This document shows positions 52,517 through 64,000 of a stretch of 64,000 nucleotides of DNA, piece by piece. This stretch comes from Octopus sinensis. Taxonomy: Eukaryota. Positions within the stretch are counted from its first letter, which is position 1. Every line of letters begins with the position of its first letter. The stretch is taken from the NCBI RefSeq assembly GCF_006345805.1, contig NC_043002.1, positions 103,602,001 through 103,666,000 on the forward strand, read 5' to 3'. The position numbers and the translations under genes are program-made. A model generated the notes under the pieces. That model saw only the letters and a list, made by a program, of their open reading frames with translations. It searched no databases and was not told the origin of the DNA.

Positions 52517-53429
52517 ATTCCTATTGGTTTAATTCATATCTAAATACATTTTCCCATTTTATTGATTTTTGTTGTTTTCTCATTGTTGCTCAAACATTCC
52601 ACCACCCCTACAAGCAGTTTATTTCTCACACCACTCCCAATCGACGTGAAATACTGTACACAAGATCATGATTCCTGAAATAAACATGAGACACTCTCCT
52701 TCGTTTTGCGCAATGGCCAATACCCCGCTTCATCCATACAAGCAAACCTCACCGCCAAATTTCCTATCACTGCTCTTACAACATTGCAGCATGAGTTGGA
52801 TTCAGTAGATAGAGTCCACGAGGCGTTCGCTGTTGCCTGGTGGTCAATATTGTAGTTGATAGTGTTCATGCCATCGTCATTTTCGATGGACAAGATTTTT
52901 AGAGGGCGGCTTTTTTCTTAAATATATAGCAAATGGTGAGGTGGGCAGTGTTTTTGTATGGGATGGCATCTGTAAGTCATGGAATGTTTTATTCAAGGAT
53001 TTCTGCTATAAGAAAAATTGAACAACTTTATGACATCCAAATCATAACATCATGCTGGATGTGTTATAAAACTCCCACTGTCGTGGACATAATTACTTAT
53101 TGAAACAAGTGTTTTCCAAACAAAAGACTTGTTTCCAAACAATTGTTTTGAAGAAGTGTTCCTAAAGAAGGAAAAAACAAAGAAAGAACTCGACACATAG
53201 TGAGGCTGAGGTTTGTGGAAGAAAGACACTGGAAAACGAGATCAACGTTAGCAATATATGTTTCGGGTTGTTCGTACAAGTAGAATTGTAGAATGGTTGT
53301 AAATGTGTGTAAACATTCTGCAGAACTATCTCATCTATGTCGTATGCGTATGCTATTCGAAACGCACACATAAAATTCATAGACGCACATACACAAGATC
53401 CGTGTATATAGTTACGTTGTAGATAGTTG

Positions 53430-53479
<50 letters not shown>

Positions 53480-53524
53480 ATTTTAAAAATAAATAAATGC
53501 CTTTTTAAAGCATAGCCAGGCTCA

Positions 53525-53747
53525 TGGACCCGGTTTCCCGGTTTCGGTTTCTATGGCGTATGTGTTCCCTAGCTGGACGGGACACCAGTCCATCACAGCG
53601 TTACTCATTTCTGCCAGCTGAGTGGACTGGAGCAACGTGAAATGAAGTGTTTTTCTCAAGAACACAACGCGTCGCCCAGTCCAAGAATCGAAACCACAAT
53701 CTTACAATTATGATGCTGACACCCTAGCCACTAAACCACGCGCTTCC
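53525..53747 (-). mobile_element. tRNA-derived SINE family 3
   Basis: 53600-53747 is the reverse complement of the 62235-62355 head (gcgtgg.ttagtgg.tagg...aacgcgttgtgtt.ttgag.aa.acact...ccagtccactcagctggca). Confidence 0.85.
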
Positions 53748-53897
53748 ACACAAACGCACACACATATAAATATATAACAAATATATACATACATATATAC
53801 AAACACACATATATATATATACAAACACGCACACACACAGACACACATACAGACACACACACAGACGCACACAGACACACACACACACATGTATATT

Positions 53898-53934
<37 letters not shown>

Positions 53935-54276
53935 TTATATTTATGTATTCATGTGTGTAGCGGTAGTATGTTTAAGTAAGCCATATGTCTGCGCTATCAT
54001 TACCACATGCAACGGCGAGACCATTAACAAAGGACAGCGCAGCAATATTAATGTTGTCACATATTCAAATCTGCATTCATATTTAATTATATAACAAATG
54101 GTGATAATTAATTAATTATGCTACCACCGAACTCCTCCGGAGCCTGAGAAATCTCAAACGTGTGAGTAAACATATGTGAGATTGCGCATATATATACAAA
54201 GTAATTGAGAGAGAGAGAGAGAGAAAGAGAGAGCGAGAGTGTCAGACAGACAAAGAAATATATACATAAACATGTA

Positions 54277-54316
<40 letters not shown>

Positions 54317-55334
54317 TACATATACATATATGTATATCCAGGCATAACATACACCCACTACATCCCATTTACCTCGATGCGCACGTATATCTTGTTGATA
54401 AAATACCGGGTATATTAGCATCGACTTTTGTCACAATGGTCATATTCACAGAACTGGATGATTTGTCAAGGAGGTATTTACTGTTGTAAACAAATACATT
54501 TAAAGTAGGTACCTATATGTCTCTGTGTGTGTGTGTGGGGGGGTGTGTGGGTGTATGTGCATATATACATACATACATACACACACTCACAAACAAATAT
54601 ATACATACACATATTTATACGCACGTCTTATCGTTACTAATTCATCGTGTAATGGAGTTGAACAAGTGTGCCTGGTATGAGATGCCGAACATAAATATCA
54701 GACGGTTTTGTCCATTTACAGGTTATATCTTTGTGTCACGCTATTCAGACGTTACGACATAGCAGGATCCATTCTATCATTCATTACTCGTTACTGATAG
54801 GATAACAAATATAAACTTGTGGGTGATTAAACAAATATGTAATATTTATAAGCTATTATGGCGGCTCTGTTTCGTTCAACTCGATTGAATCGGTAGCCGG
54901 GTTTTTTTATGTACGCCACTGTGAAAGTTTGAAATATGAGAAGAGGTGTTCACGAATAAAGTCCTCGGAATACAAGAATACCCTATCCCGTGTGCAACAC
55001 AAGATTGCCATTTCTATGGCTTGGTTGCTCAATCAGGATACCAGAGATGAAACCAAATAACATCAACACTGAATAACAATATATTGTGTAGGACGGAAAG
55101 AGCTTTTACCGGTTCTGTGGATCTGATTGTTATTGCAGCCATCTCAGAATCGAATCAAGCTCTAAGAATTTTAGCATGAAAGGAAAATTCTAGATGTGTT
55201 GTTTTATCCGGCGAAATAAGTTATTTATACTGATAAAACATCTTTGGTAAGAAAATGGCTTGATTAAGACGCGATGAGTTTAAGCTATCCATCAAAGCGA
55301 AGAATCAGAGAATATATGACAGCTACAATTAATA

Positions 55335-55335
55335 C

Positions 55336-55427
<92 letters not shown>

Positions 55428-55690
55428 TAGTAATAGTAGTAGTAGGAGGAAGAAGAGGAGGAGGCGGAGGGGGAAAGATCAGGAGCAGCAGGAGGAGCAG
55501 GAGGAGAAGGCAGAGGAGTTGCAGAAGTATTAGCAGCAGCAGTAGCAGCAATAGTATTAGTAGTGGTAGTAGTTGTAGTGATGGTGGTGGTGGTAGTAGT
55601 AGTAGTAGTATTAGTAGTGGTGGTGGTGGTGGTGGGGTAGTAGTAGTAGTGGTCGCGGTTGTGGTGGTGGTGGTGGTGGTGGTAGTAGTT

Positions 55691-55750
<60 letters not shown>
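55335..55750. repeat. Compound microsatellite (TAG, CAG, GGT)
   Basis: Direct reading. Confidence 0.95.
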
Positions 55751-55752
<2 letters not shown>

Positions 55753-56172
55753 TATTTCTTTCGAAAGCGACAGGAGCATTGCTGAGGGTGAAATTACAAT
55801 AAAGCATGCGGAGAAAAGAATGGCAAAGTCACTGAAATGCCATAGAGATACCTTTTGTATACGAAGCGTGTGATAAGACGAATGAAGAAAGTCCTTCTGC
55901 TATAGGACAAACTGCAACTGGAACTAATCAAAGAATCTCACAGATCCAACATTAACCTGAGCACCAGATATTCGAACCCTCTCTCTTTCCTACTTTCCAA
56001 TCTATAACTTCTTACTTAGAGTAGGGACATGCACTTGAACCATTTTTATTACAAGGTCTTATACTTTTACAAATTCCGTTGTAGGTAACTCTTCCTTTTC
56101 CATCCTCACTAACCTTCCCAATTGGAACTTTAAAAAAGAGATGAGATTTTTATAGCAAATGAAGGTGTCTTC

Positions 56173-56545
56173 GCAGTGCATGCTTTCTCGAATGATATCA
56201 ATATAGAGTTTGGACTTTTAAAATGTGCTGAAATGGCGATGAGACGAGGGAAGGTATATTTATGCCAAGTGGTGAAATGATGAAAACAATTCAACCTAAA
56301 TACAGGGAATACTTCAAGCAGATGGAATTAAATACATGGAAAGAAAGAAAAGAGAAAAAAATAGTAGCTGAGGGTACTAAGAAAAATATTAGCTACAAAG
56401 ATGGATGCCAGAAACTAAATTCCTGCAATAAAATCGCGCTCAGTCTCAGTAGATCGGTATGGTGTTGGAATCCTGAAGTGGACAGAGAAGAGTTGAAGAT
56501 GCTGGAGATGAAATCAGGAAAGCTCCTAACCAAGCATTTATCCCT
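56173..56545 (+). mobile_element. R4/Dong-like (RLE-type) non-LTR retrotransposon RT C-terminal/thumb fragment
   Basis: Frames give AVHAFSNDINIEFGLLKCAEMAMRRGK, MPSGEMMK..., KLNSCNK, RYGVGILKWT and EELKMLEMKSGKLLTKH, the usual order of motifs after RT domain 5 in this clade. Confidence 0.8.
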
Positions 56546-56616
56546 TGCAACACACATGTACATCATGGCTGCCGTTGTTTCAAGGTTCTTATCACTAATG
56601 TGGCTACGGTGAAGTC

Positions 56617-56895
56617 GCGTGGCCAAATGACTATTGTATATGGCTAAAGGTCGTACGATCGTGAGTTCGATCAGTGGAAGTGCATTGAAACAAAACACTT
56701 TGTTCCGCAGTCTACTCCACTAGTAATAATGATTTTTGCCCGTATTTCAAAAGGCAAGTCTCATCATATTCTGTATCACTCTAAATCTCCCTAAGGACTA
56801 CGATAAGAGTACGATTGTCTGTGGAGTACTCAGCCACTTGCACATTGCTTTCACGAGCAGTCTCTCCTGATGATCGTATCAACTGGAACCCTCAT
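56617..56895 (+). mobile_element. SINE family 3, degenerate
   Basis: Collinear with 62235-62555 (gatcgtgagttcgat...gtatttcaaa.gg...gtctgtgga.t.ctcagcca.ttgcac...gatcgtatcaactgg.accctc). Confidence 0.75.
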
Positions 56896-57263
56896 ATTCG
56901 TCACAGATGGAGAGTCATATATTTTTTCTTGTTTCATTGGTGTTCCTGTTGTAGTGATTATTAGTGTTGTTATTGCTTCACATATTCACACAATATTTAC
57001 TAAATTCTCAATTTATAAAGAAAGAAGCAAACCGCATCACAAAGTTTTTGAGGACTAAACACATGAAAAAAAGGGTCGCCTTTTTATAATTCTGCTTCAT
57101 GTTTAAACACAAAATCTCACACGGAAAACGAATATTTATAGGAGGGTGGAAGTTTTCCAATCTCACATCAACAATATAAAATCGTAAAGAGGGCGACATT
57201 GCAGGGAATATAACTACAGGAAACAAATTACATTACAACGAGTAAAGTATATATGTGAGTATA

Positions 57264-57358
<95 letters not shown>

Positions 57359-57755
57359 ATGTATTTATATATTATTATTATATATATATATGTATACACG
57401 CATATATATATATTTAAATATATATATATGTATGTATGTATATATGTATGTATGATTCTATGTATCTATGTATATGCAACTTATTATTTCTGGTTTTCTT
57501 GGATTAACATAGTGTTTATGAACCGAAAACTTAAGAGATATTACAGAGTCGAAGGAAAAGTAGAATCCATGATAGTTACGAAAGAACATCGTTTTTGAAA
57601 TAATGTGATTAAATTATGAGGACAATATAAAGACATGGATTTCAAAATTTGCAATATGTCAGCATGGAAATATGTTAATCGATAAATACATGCACACATA
57701 CACACACGAATACACTCGTATATATAAGCATGCAAGTGCATTAATGTTAGGATTT

Positions 57756-57759
<4 letters not shown>

Positions 57760-57792
<33 letters not shown>

Positions 57793-57860
57793 ATATATAT
57801 ACATTTACATAAACACATATTTTTCTATGTACGTATATATATACACATATTTCTATGTAC

Positions 57861-57959
<99 letters not shown>

Positions 57960-58130
57960 GTATATATATATATACACACTTACATATACACATATTTTTC
58001 TATGTACGTATATATATATATATATATATACACATATTTTCTATGTACTTATATATAATATATAAATATATGTATATGTGTATATATATATTATATATAT
58101 AATATATATATAATATATATATGCATGTAT
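57760..58130. repeat. (CA)n/(TA)n block with duplicated spacer cacatatttttctatgtac
   Basis: The spacer motif recurs four times between TA runs. Confidence 0.9.
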
Positions 58131-58534
58131 AAATGCATATATTTGTGTATGTGCTTATATGTACATATCTCTATCAATACATGTACATTTATATGATTAT
58201 GTGTATACATATTTATTATGTTTATAGTTGTGTGTATGTGTATATATGTGTGTATACCCCGTGCGAATAATTACGTGCCTGTGTATATGAGTGTAAATAT
58301 GTATGCGTGCTTTCTACAGGGTTTAAACGTAAATGAGAAATAACTATATCGATGAGCACTTTTCGTTAAAGCTATGACTAGTTTCTATCCAGTTGTAGCG
58401 AACAATCAACCAGAGTTACACTAATGATGTTTATTGTTGCATTAAGTGTAATTCTTCCGCAATTTACTGTTGCTTTATCGATATTGCGAACATACTGTCT
58501 GGTGAACGGGAGAATCGGCAGCGCATGGGAAGAA

Positions 58535-58826
58535 ATATCTGGTGATACATCATTATCTACCACTGTCTGCTGAGTTCGAATCCTACCGACGTTAAAGTTG
58601 CATTTTTTCCTTCGGGCTTCCACACACGAATTGCCAGCCTTGTGCAGGCGGTGGGTTGAACAAGAGCTCCTTCCAGCAATATATCTGGTGATACATCATT
58701 ATTTACCACTGTCTGCTGAGTTCGAATCCTGCCGTCGTTAAAGTTGCATTTTTTCCTTCAAGCTTCCACATACGAATTGCCAGCCTTGTGCAGGCGGTGG
58801 GTTGAACAAGAGCTCCTTCCAGCAAT
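58535..58826. repeat. 146-bp tandem duplication (2 copies) containing a SINE B-box fragment
   Basis: 58535-58680 and 58681-58826 differ at only a handful of positions. Confidence 0.95.
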
Positions 58827-61781
58827 ATACCCTGTTAATTATCTAGACTATTCTATTGACAAATATCATTGGATTTGTGTGAATTACTGAAGTACCGAGA
58901 GACAAACTTTCTGATGTTTATTTATCTTCCGGTTACAACGATATCATTGTCGAATTTCCTTGATTCGGGAGCCTATAAACCAAAATATCACACTCCAGTG
59001 CTCTGCATACTTTTTGCCTTGCATATAACACGAGGAATTTAACGACTTTTGTCAGAAACTTAAAAACCCAGATATTGTTGCTGGCATTTGGTTGTATATA
59101 ATATCTATTCGTATTTCATGTTTTTGTAGTGTTTATAGGAGTTGGTGTATGTGCACGAAGACCTTGTCATGTGGTCTATGGTTTATATTTATTGATACCA
59201 ATTACTAACTGTTGGATATTAAGAAAGGAAAACTGCAGATATAATTATCACTGCACAGTGTTAACCTGGAAGGAGTGAACCACAGTGCGTGTTGTTGAAG
59301 GCTAGATGTGGTATGTCATGTGGGAATGACCAAAGTCGTCTGTCTTGTTCGAGTGCCTAAGGGAGTCTGCCTGGCGAGTTAGTCGCTAAACACGTATTCT
59401 AAGTTCGTAGGGCGCAACTTTGAAAGTATTCAAGGAGCCTCATCACTCCAGAAGTACACGATGATCGATGGATTTATAGAACAATCACGTGAGCCTCTAT
59501 TCGCATACTAGTGATCTGTACAGGTTGCTGAAAGATAAGTCACATAGAAGGGATTATGAAGGGATCATAATAATAACAACCAGGTACTAGCTTACTTATC
59601 TTGTTCAGACATACATGCACCGTCGTGATACTCGGTGTTTCTTGGGAAATGTTTGTTTCTAACCCCCTCCCCCAAAGCATGGTTTTAGAAAACAAGAAAA
59701 GGGAAACTGATGTGATTTCTAGAGAATGAGGAAGTTCGTAGATAATTGGTTGTGTCAGAGGGAAAGAAGAGGAGGAAAAGAGGAGAGAAGATAAAAGAGA
59801 AAGAAAGGCAGAGAGAATGGAAGAGGTGTAATTGTGCCTATTACTTGACTTGTACATTTAAGATATCATTTGAGAGGAGAAAGAGGAAACTTGGACTGTC
59901 AAAAGCTGAAACGATGTGCCGATCGATCCTTAGTTTTGGATTGAACAAATAAATTTTCTTTATATAAAAAACACATCTTCTATAATTCTAATGTACGAGG
60001 GATCGAAATCTTATAAAGTATTCTACTAATTCTGAAAATATTGTAGCGTGTGTGTTCCTGTCATGACAATTGAACACATAATGGTTCGGTTTCTATGATC
60101 ATATACTAAATAATATTTATTTACATTTGACGGATATTTGTCCTCATCCTGTTTGTATGTATGCATAAAAGAGGTTTGTTCGTTATATAATATTTATTTG
60201 TCACCGTTTGCGTACATGTGTCTATACAGGATTATCTAGATTACATTAGACAATGACTTTCAGATGATCATCTCAAAAGTGCTTGTAAATTTACCGACAA
60301 ATATCGAGATAACAAACATAAGTAAATTTTCAAGATTTCGAAAAAAATCTTATGGAAATTATAACAAAGAAATATATAAGCGAATTAGACACGCTCTTAT
60401 GCTTTACAAATGATTAGCTTACATCAGCATATACGGGAGGAAAATTAAATGTATTCATGTTTTCTGTAATATTCCTGATGTGTTATTTTTTCTTGTTTTT
60501 TCGTTTCTATTTTTTTTTGTCGATTATTGTAATTTCTTCTATTGATACATGGAAACATAGCAGATGCTTTATTAACTTGTCTTAGGATTGCATCACCGTC
60601 TCTATAATCTGCTTCCATTTTTATATGCTCACCATCGAAAGATTCGAAAAATTCACTGACATCTTAATTGGCATTTTCTTTTCGTTTGTGTCTTCGGTTC
60701 ATCTGTTCGCTTTCTGCCATCATTCCACCATTCCATCACTGAGCTTCAATGCAGGAGAGTCGAAATAATTCTCGTACATGACAGTCATGTGTTCTGTCTT
60801 CATCTAGAATAATTATTTCGGCAAGAATGAATTCTACGTCTCTCCACTGGTTTCATATTCTTGGCTTATATTTCGTCTCATACACCATTGATATTAAGAA
60901 GCTTTTTTTTTCAAGACCATATTATTTAGATTTCTTTCTTTCAATAGCATAGACAAAATTGCTCCACAAATAATCGTTCTTGGTCATTGCTGTTTACTAC
61001 AAGTCCATCGACTGCTACAATTACGTGTAATTTAAAAATTCAGACTTGTCACCATATTCATTTCTTTAACACGGAACGTTGCCAAAAAATTATTAAAATT
61101 TTAAGACGTAAATTTACAGATCCTTTCGACCTGAAGACAGAAGGTTTTCTTGAAGAAAATCTCGAGTGCAGATACATAAAACAAGATTTTCTACTGAATT
61201 TCAAGTAAAAGATTGAATAGTTTTATAGACACAAAGCTTTTAATGAAGAGGCAGGTCGCTCGTTGTTTACGTTAGGAACTCCCTGTCTTGCGATTTTTAT
61301 TTCGTTCCGTATGGTTTGCACACATTTGTTTGCCGCAAAATTAAGTTCCTTTCATTCTCAATACACTGCAAATATCTGACACTCTTATTCATCCACGATT
61401 CACTCCTCATCGTTACAAATATAGAAAGGGTTTCAGTTGAGAGGATCGCTTCGTTAATCCACTTCTGCACACTATTATCTTTTTTTTTACGCTACTCTTC
61501 TGATGATTCTTGGAATTTAGATCAATCTGGTATAGATTATCTACGACCATTACTACCAGGCACGCAATGACATTTTCCTTGTCTCGTTGAAGAAAAATTA
61601 CGATACAGGCACAAGGTACCTATGTGGTTTTGAACATGACTGGAACCGCGACGACAAAAGGTAGTTGAAATTATTTGGTCGTCGGAAAAACAAGCAAGCC
61701 TATTTTATGCATACATATATACATACAAGCTTACACACATACGCATAAGTATGCACATATTTTGTATATATATATATATAC

Positions 61782-61865
<84 letters not shown>

Positions 61866-62234
61866 TATGTATGTAGGTATCTATCTTTCTACCCATCTGT
61901 ATATCTATCTCTCTATCTAAATAACTATCTATCTATACATGTGTCTGTTTGTGCGAGTGTGTGTGTGTGTGTGTGGTGTATACATATACAAAATCGAACA
62001 GACATACAGGAGATGTGCTTGGTAGTCCGTTGGGCGGATGCATTTTTTAGGAGCGTATGAGAGTATATTTACAATGTCGTTGGTGTAAAAACACCTGAAA
62101 GCAACACGTAGACAAGCGAGATAACTCATATCTCATCCCTTATCCAGAGAGTCAGGCATCGGTGTTTCGTTTTCCTTTTGACTTGTCAATGTCACATACC
62201 GAACAGGATTCGCCCTGAGCTATATGTGTTGTGT

Positions 62235-62555
62235 GAGGGCGCGTGGCTTAGTGGTTAGGGCATTCGGCTCATGATCGTAAGGTTGTGAGTTCGATTCCCG
62301 GCGACGCGTTGTGTTTTCTTGAGCAAGACACTTTATTTCACGTTGCTCCAGTCCACTCAGCTGGCAAAAATGAGTTGTACTTGTATTTCAAAGGGTCAGC
62401 CTTGTCACTCTCTGTGTCACGCTGATTTTCCCCGAGAACTACGTTAAGGGTACACGTGTCTGTGGAATGCTCAGCCATTTGCACGTTAATTTCACGAGCA
62501 AGCTGTTCCGTTGATCGTATCAACTGGGACCCTCGTCGTCGTAACCGGCGGAGTA
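62235..62555 (+). mobile_element. tRNA-derived SINE family 3, near full length
   Basis: A box tggcttagtgg (62244-62254) and B box gagttcgattc (62287-62297), followed by a non-tRNA body homologous to 53525 and 56617. Confidence 0.9.
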
Positions 62556-62847
62556 GAAGAAAGAATATGTGTTGTGTTGTGTGTGTGTGTGTGTTTTATC
62601 AGTGAATCTACCAATGCAGTTTCTTCCTCTTTATACATGAGAGTCCGCTGAAGGCATCATTCATTCACATTTAAGTAATATATAAATATATAAGAACAAA
62701 ATATCGTCTGCCATACACATTTCTACCAAAGTAACAAAAAATTCAAAATAAATTACTCATCGTTCTTTATAACATATAAAATTCTATTTCAAAAAGAAAC
62801 AGTATCCAACATGTCTCCCTAGGACAGAAGGAGCTAACAACTACAGC

Positions 62848-62876
62848 AAATAATAATAATAATAATGATGATAATA

Positions 62877-62924
<48 letters not shown>

Positions 62925-62995
62925 TAATAATGAAAATAATAATTATAATTGTGTTAATAATAATAATAGTAATAATAATAATAATAATAATAATG

Positions 62996-63031
<36 letters not shown>

Positions 63032-63089
63032 ATAATAATAATAAAATAATAATAATAATAATAATCATAATAATAATAATAATAATAAT
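62848..63089. repeat. (TAA)n microsatellite
   Basis: Direct reading. It resumes at 63890-64000. Confidence 0.95.
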
Positions 63090-63888
63090 GCAGTACCAGG
63101 CAGTGACTCTCGCGGCTTCTGATTTTAATTGATTGGAAGTTTTATTACGTACAGTCTTTTGTCTTGGTATAAAAGATGGTCTACAGCAAATATTCTGCTC
63201 AATACCACAGATTTGCTTGTCAGTTGTTTGACCTTAACCAGTTGAGCATGTCCCTTAGTGGCTTACGATATGTGCATCTCTGATCACGAGCAGAAGTAGT
63301 GGGGGAGCATCATAGTCATGTGTTGAGAGGGACTTTTGGGGGTTTGAATCATTCACCTCTGGAAACATGGGTGGTTCTTTCAACATCCTTAAACAACCCT
63401 TATTCAGGGACCTTTTGAGCGGGATGGGCTACTCAACCTGAAGAAAATTCTAACTGGGCCCCACCTGCAAGGTCATGTGCTGTTAATCTTGATATGAGAT
63501 CACCATGTCGCGCACATATAGTTGTGATGCATGTGTCTGGTATACCCTTATCAGACGGGTAGTCATGATGGGTATATTGGGCTTCGTATATTTTACCCTT
63601 CGTATATTTTGAATAATTAATCTTTGGAAACATGGGTGTTTCGATCAACATCCTTAAACAACCCTTATTCAGAGACATTTTGAGCGGCATGGGCTACTCG
63701 ACCAGAGGGAAAAATTCTAACTGGGGCCCCACCTGCAAGGTCATGTGCTGTTTATCTTGTCACGCAAATATGGTTGTGATGCATGTGCCTTAGTGTACTC
63801 TTATCAGACGGGTAGTCATGATGATTATACTAGGCTTCGTATATTTTATCCCAGTGTCACTTTGATGGCATGCACTGCTCTCTCACTC
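63090..63888 (+). mobile_element. Non-coding interspersed element embedded in (TAA)n, with an internal 265-bp duplication
   Basis: Sharp boundaries against TAA tracts on both sides. The block starting ggaaacatgggt occurs at 63361 and 63626. No recognisable ORF. Confidence 0.65.
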
Positions 63889-63930
63889 AATAATAATGAT
63901 AACAACAACAACAGCAACTATAACAATAAT

Positions 63931-63989
<59 letters not shown>

Positions 63990-64000
63990 GAAGAAGAAGA

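Noticed and set aside
60633-60674. Minus-strand MPIKMSVNFSNLSM followed by a strong donor gtgagc
   Set aside because: I found no downstream exon that continues it into a sustained frame. Isolated consensus donors are expected by chance in 64 kb.
62235-62305. tRNA-like sequence with A and B boxes
   Set aside because: It continues into a SINE body found elsewhere in the window and lacks a proper acceptor stem, so it is a SINE head, not a tRNA gene.

Overview
Very AT-rich, microsatellite-saturated eukaryotic genomic DNA. The repeat families and the abundance of (TA)n, (GAA)n and (TAA)n tracts suggest a coleoid cephalopod, most likely Octopus; this is inferred from remembered repeat consensus sequences, not from a search. 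No host protein-coding exon could be identified with confidence, so the window is probably intronic or intergenic, and nearly all ORFs in the supplied track are translations of simple repeats. Supportable content: (1) many tRNA-derived SINEs of about three families, one with an intact 24-bp target-site duplication; (2) degenerate coding relics of a CR1/L2/Jockey-type LINE RT (about 12.0 kb), a Merlin/IS1595-type transposase (about 25.0-25.6 kb), a mariner transposase N-terminus (about 50.3-50.5 kb) and an R4/Dong-like LINE (about 56.2-56.5 kb, plus 3' tails at 28.8/29.1 kb); (3) a 1.7-kb near-perfect fold-back palindrome (3826-5512) built from a Penelope-like element (PLE) end, and a 315-bp hairpin MITE (49.6-49.9 kb); (4) several short PLE-type termini carrying minimal type-I hammerhead-ribozyme-like folds with palindromic stem III and covarying stems I/II. 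The hammerhead-like motifs, some with non-canonical cores (CUGUCGA, CCGACGA, plus an extra A), are the most interesting signal. Coordinates were counted by hand and repeat boundaries are approximate.
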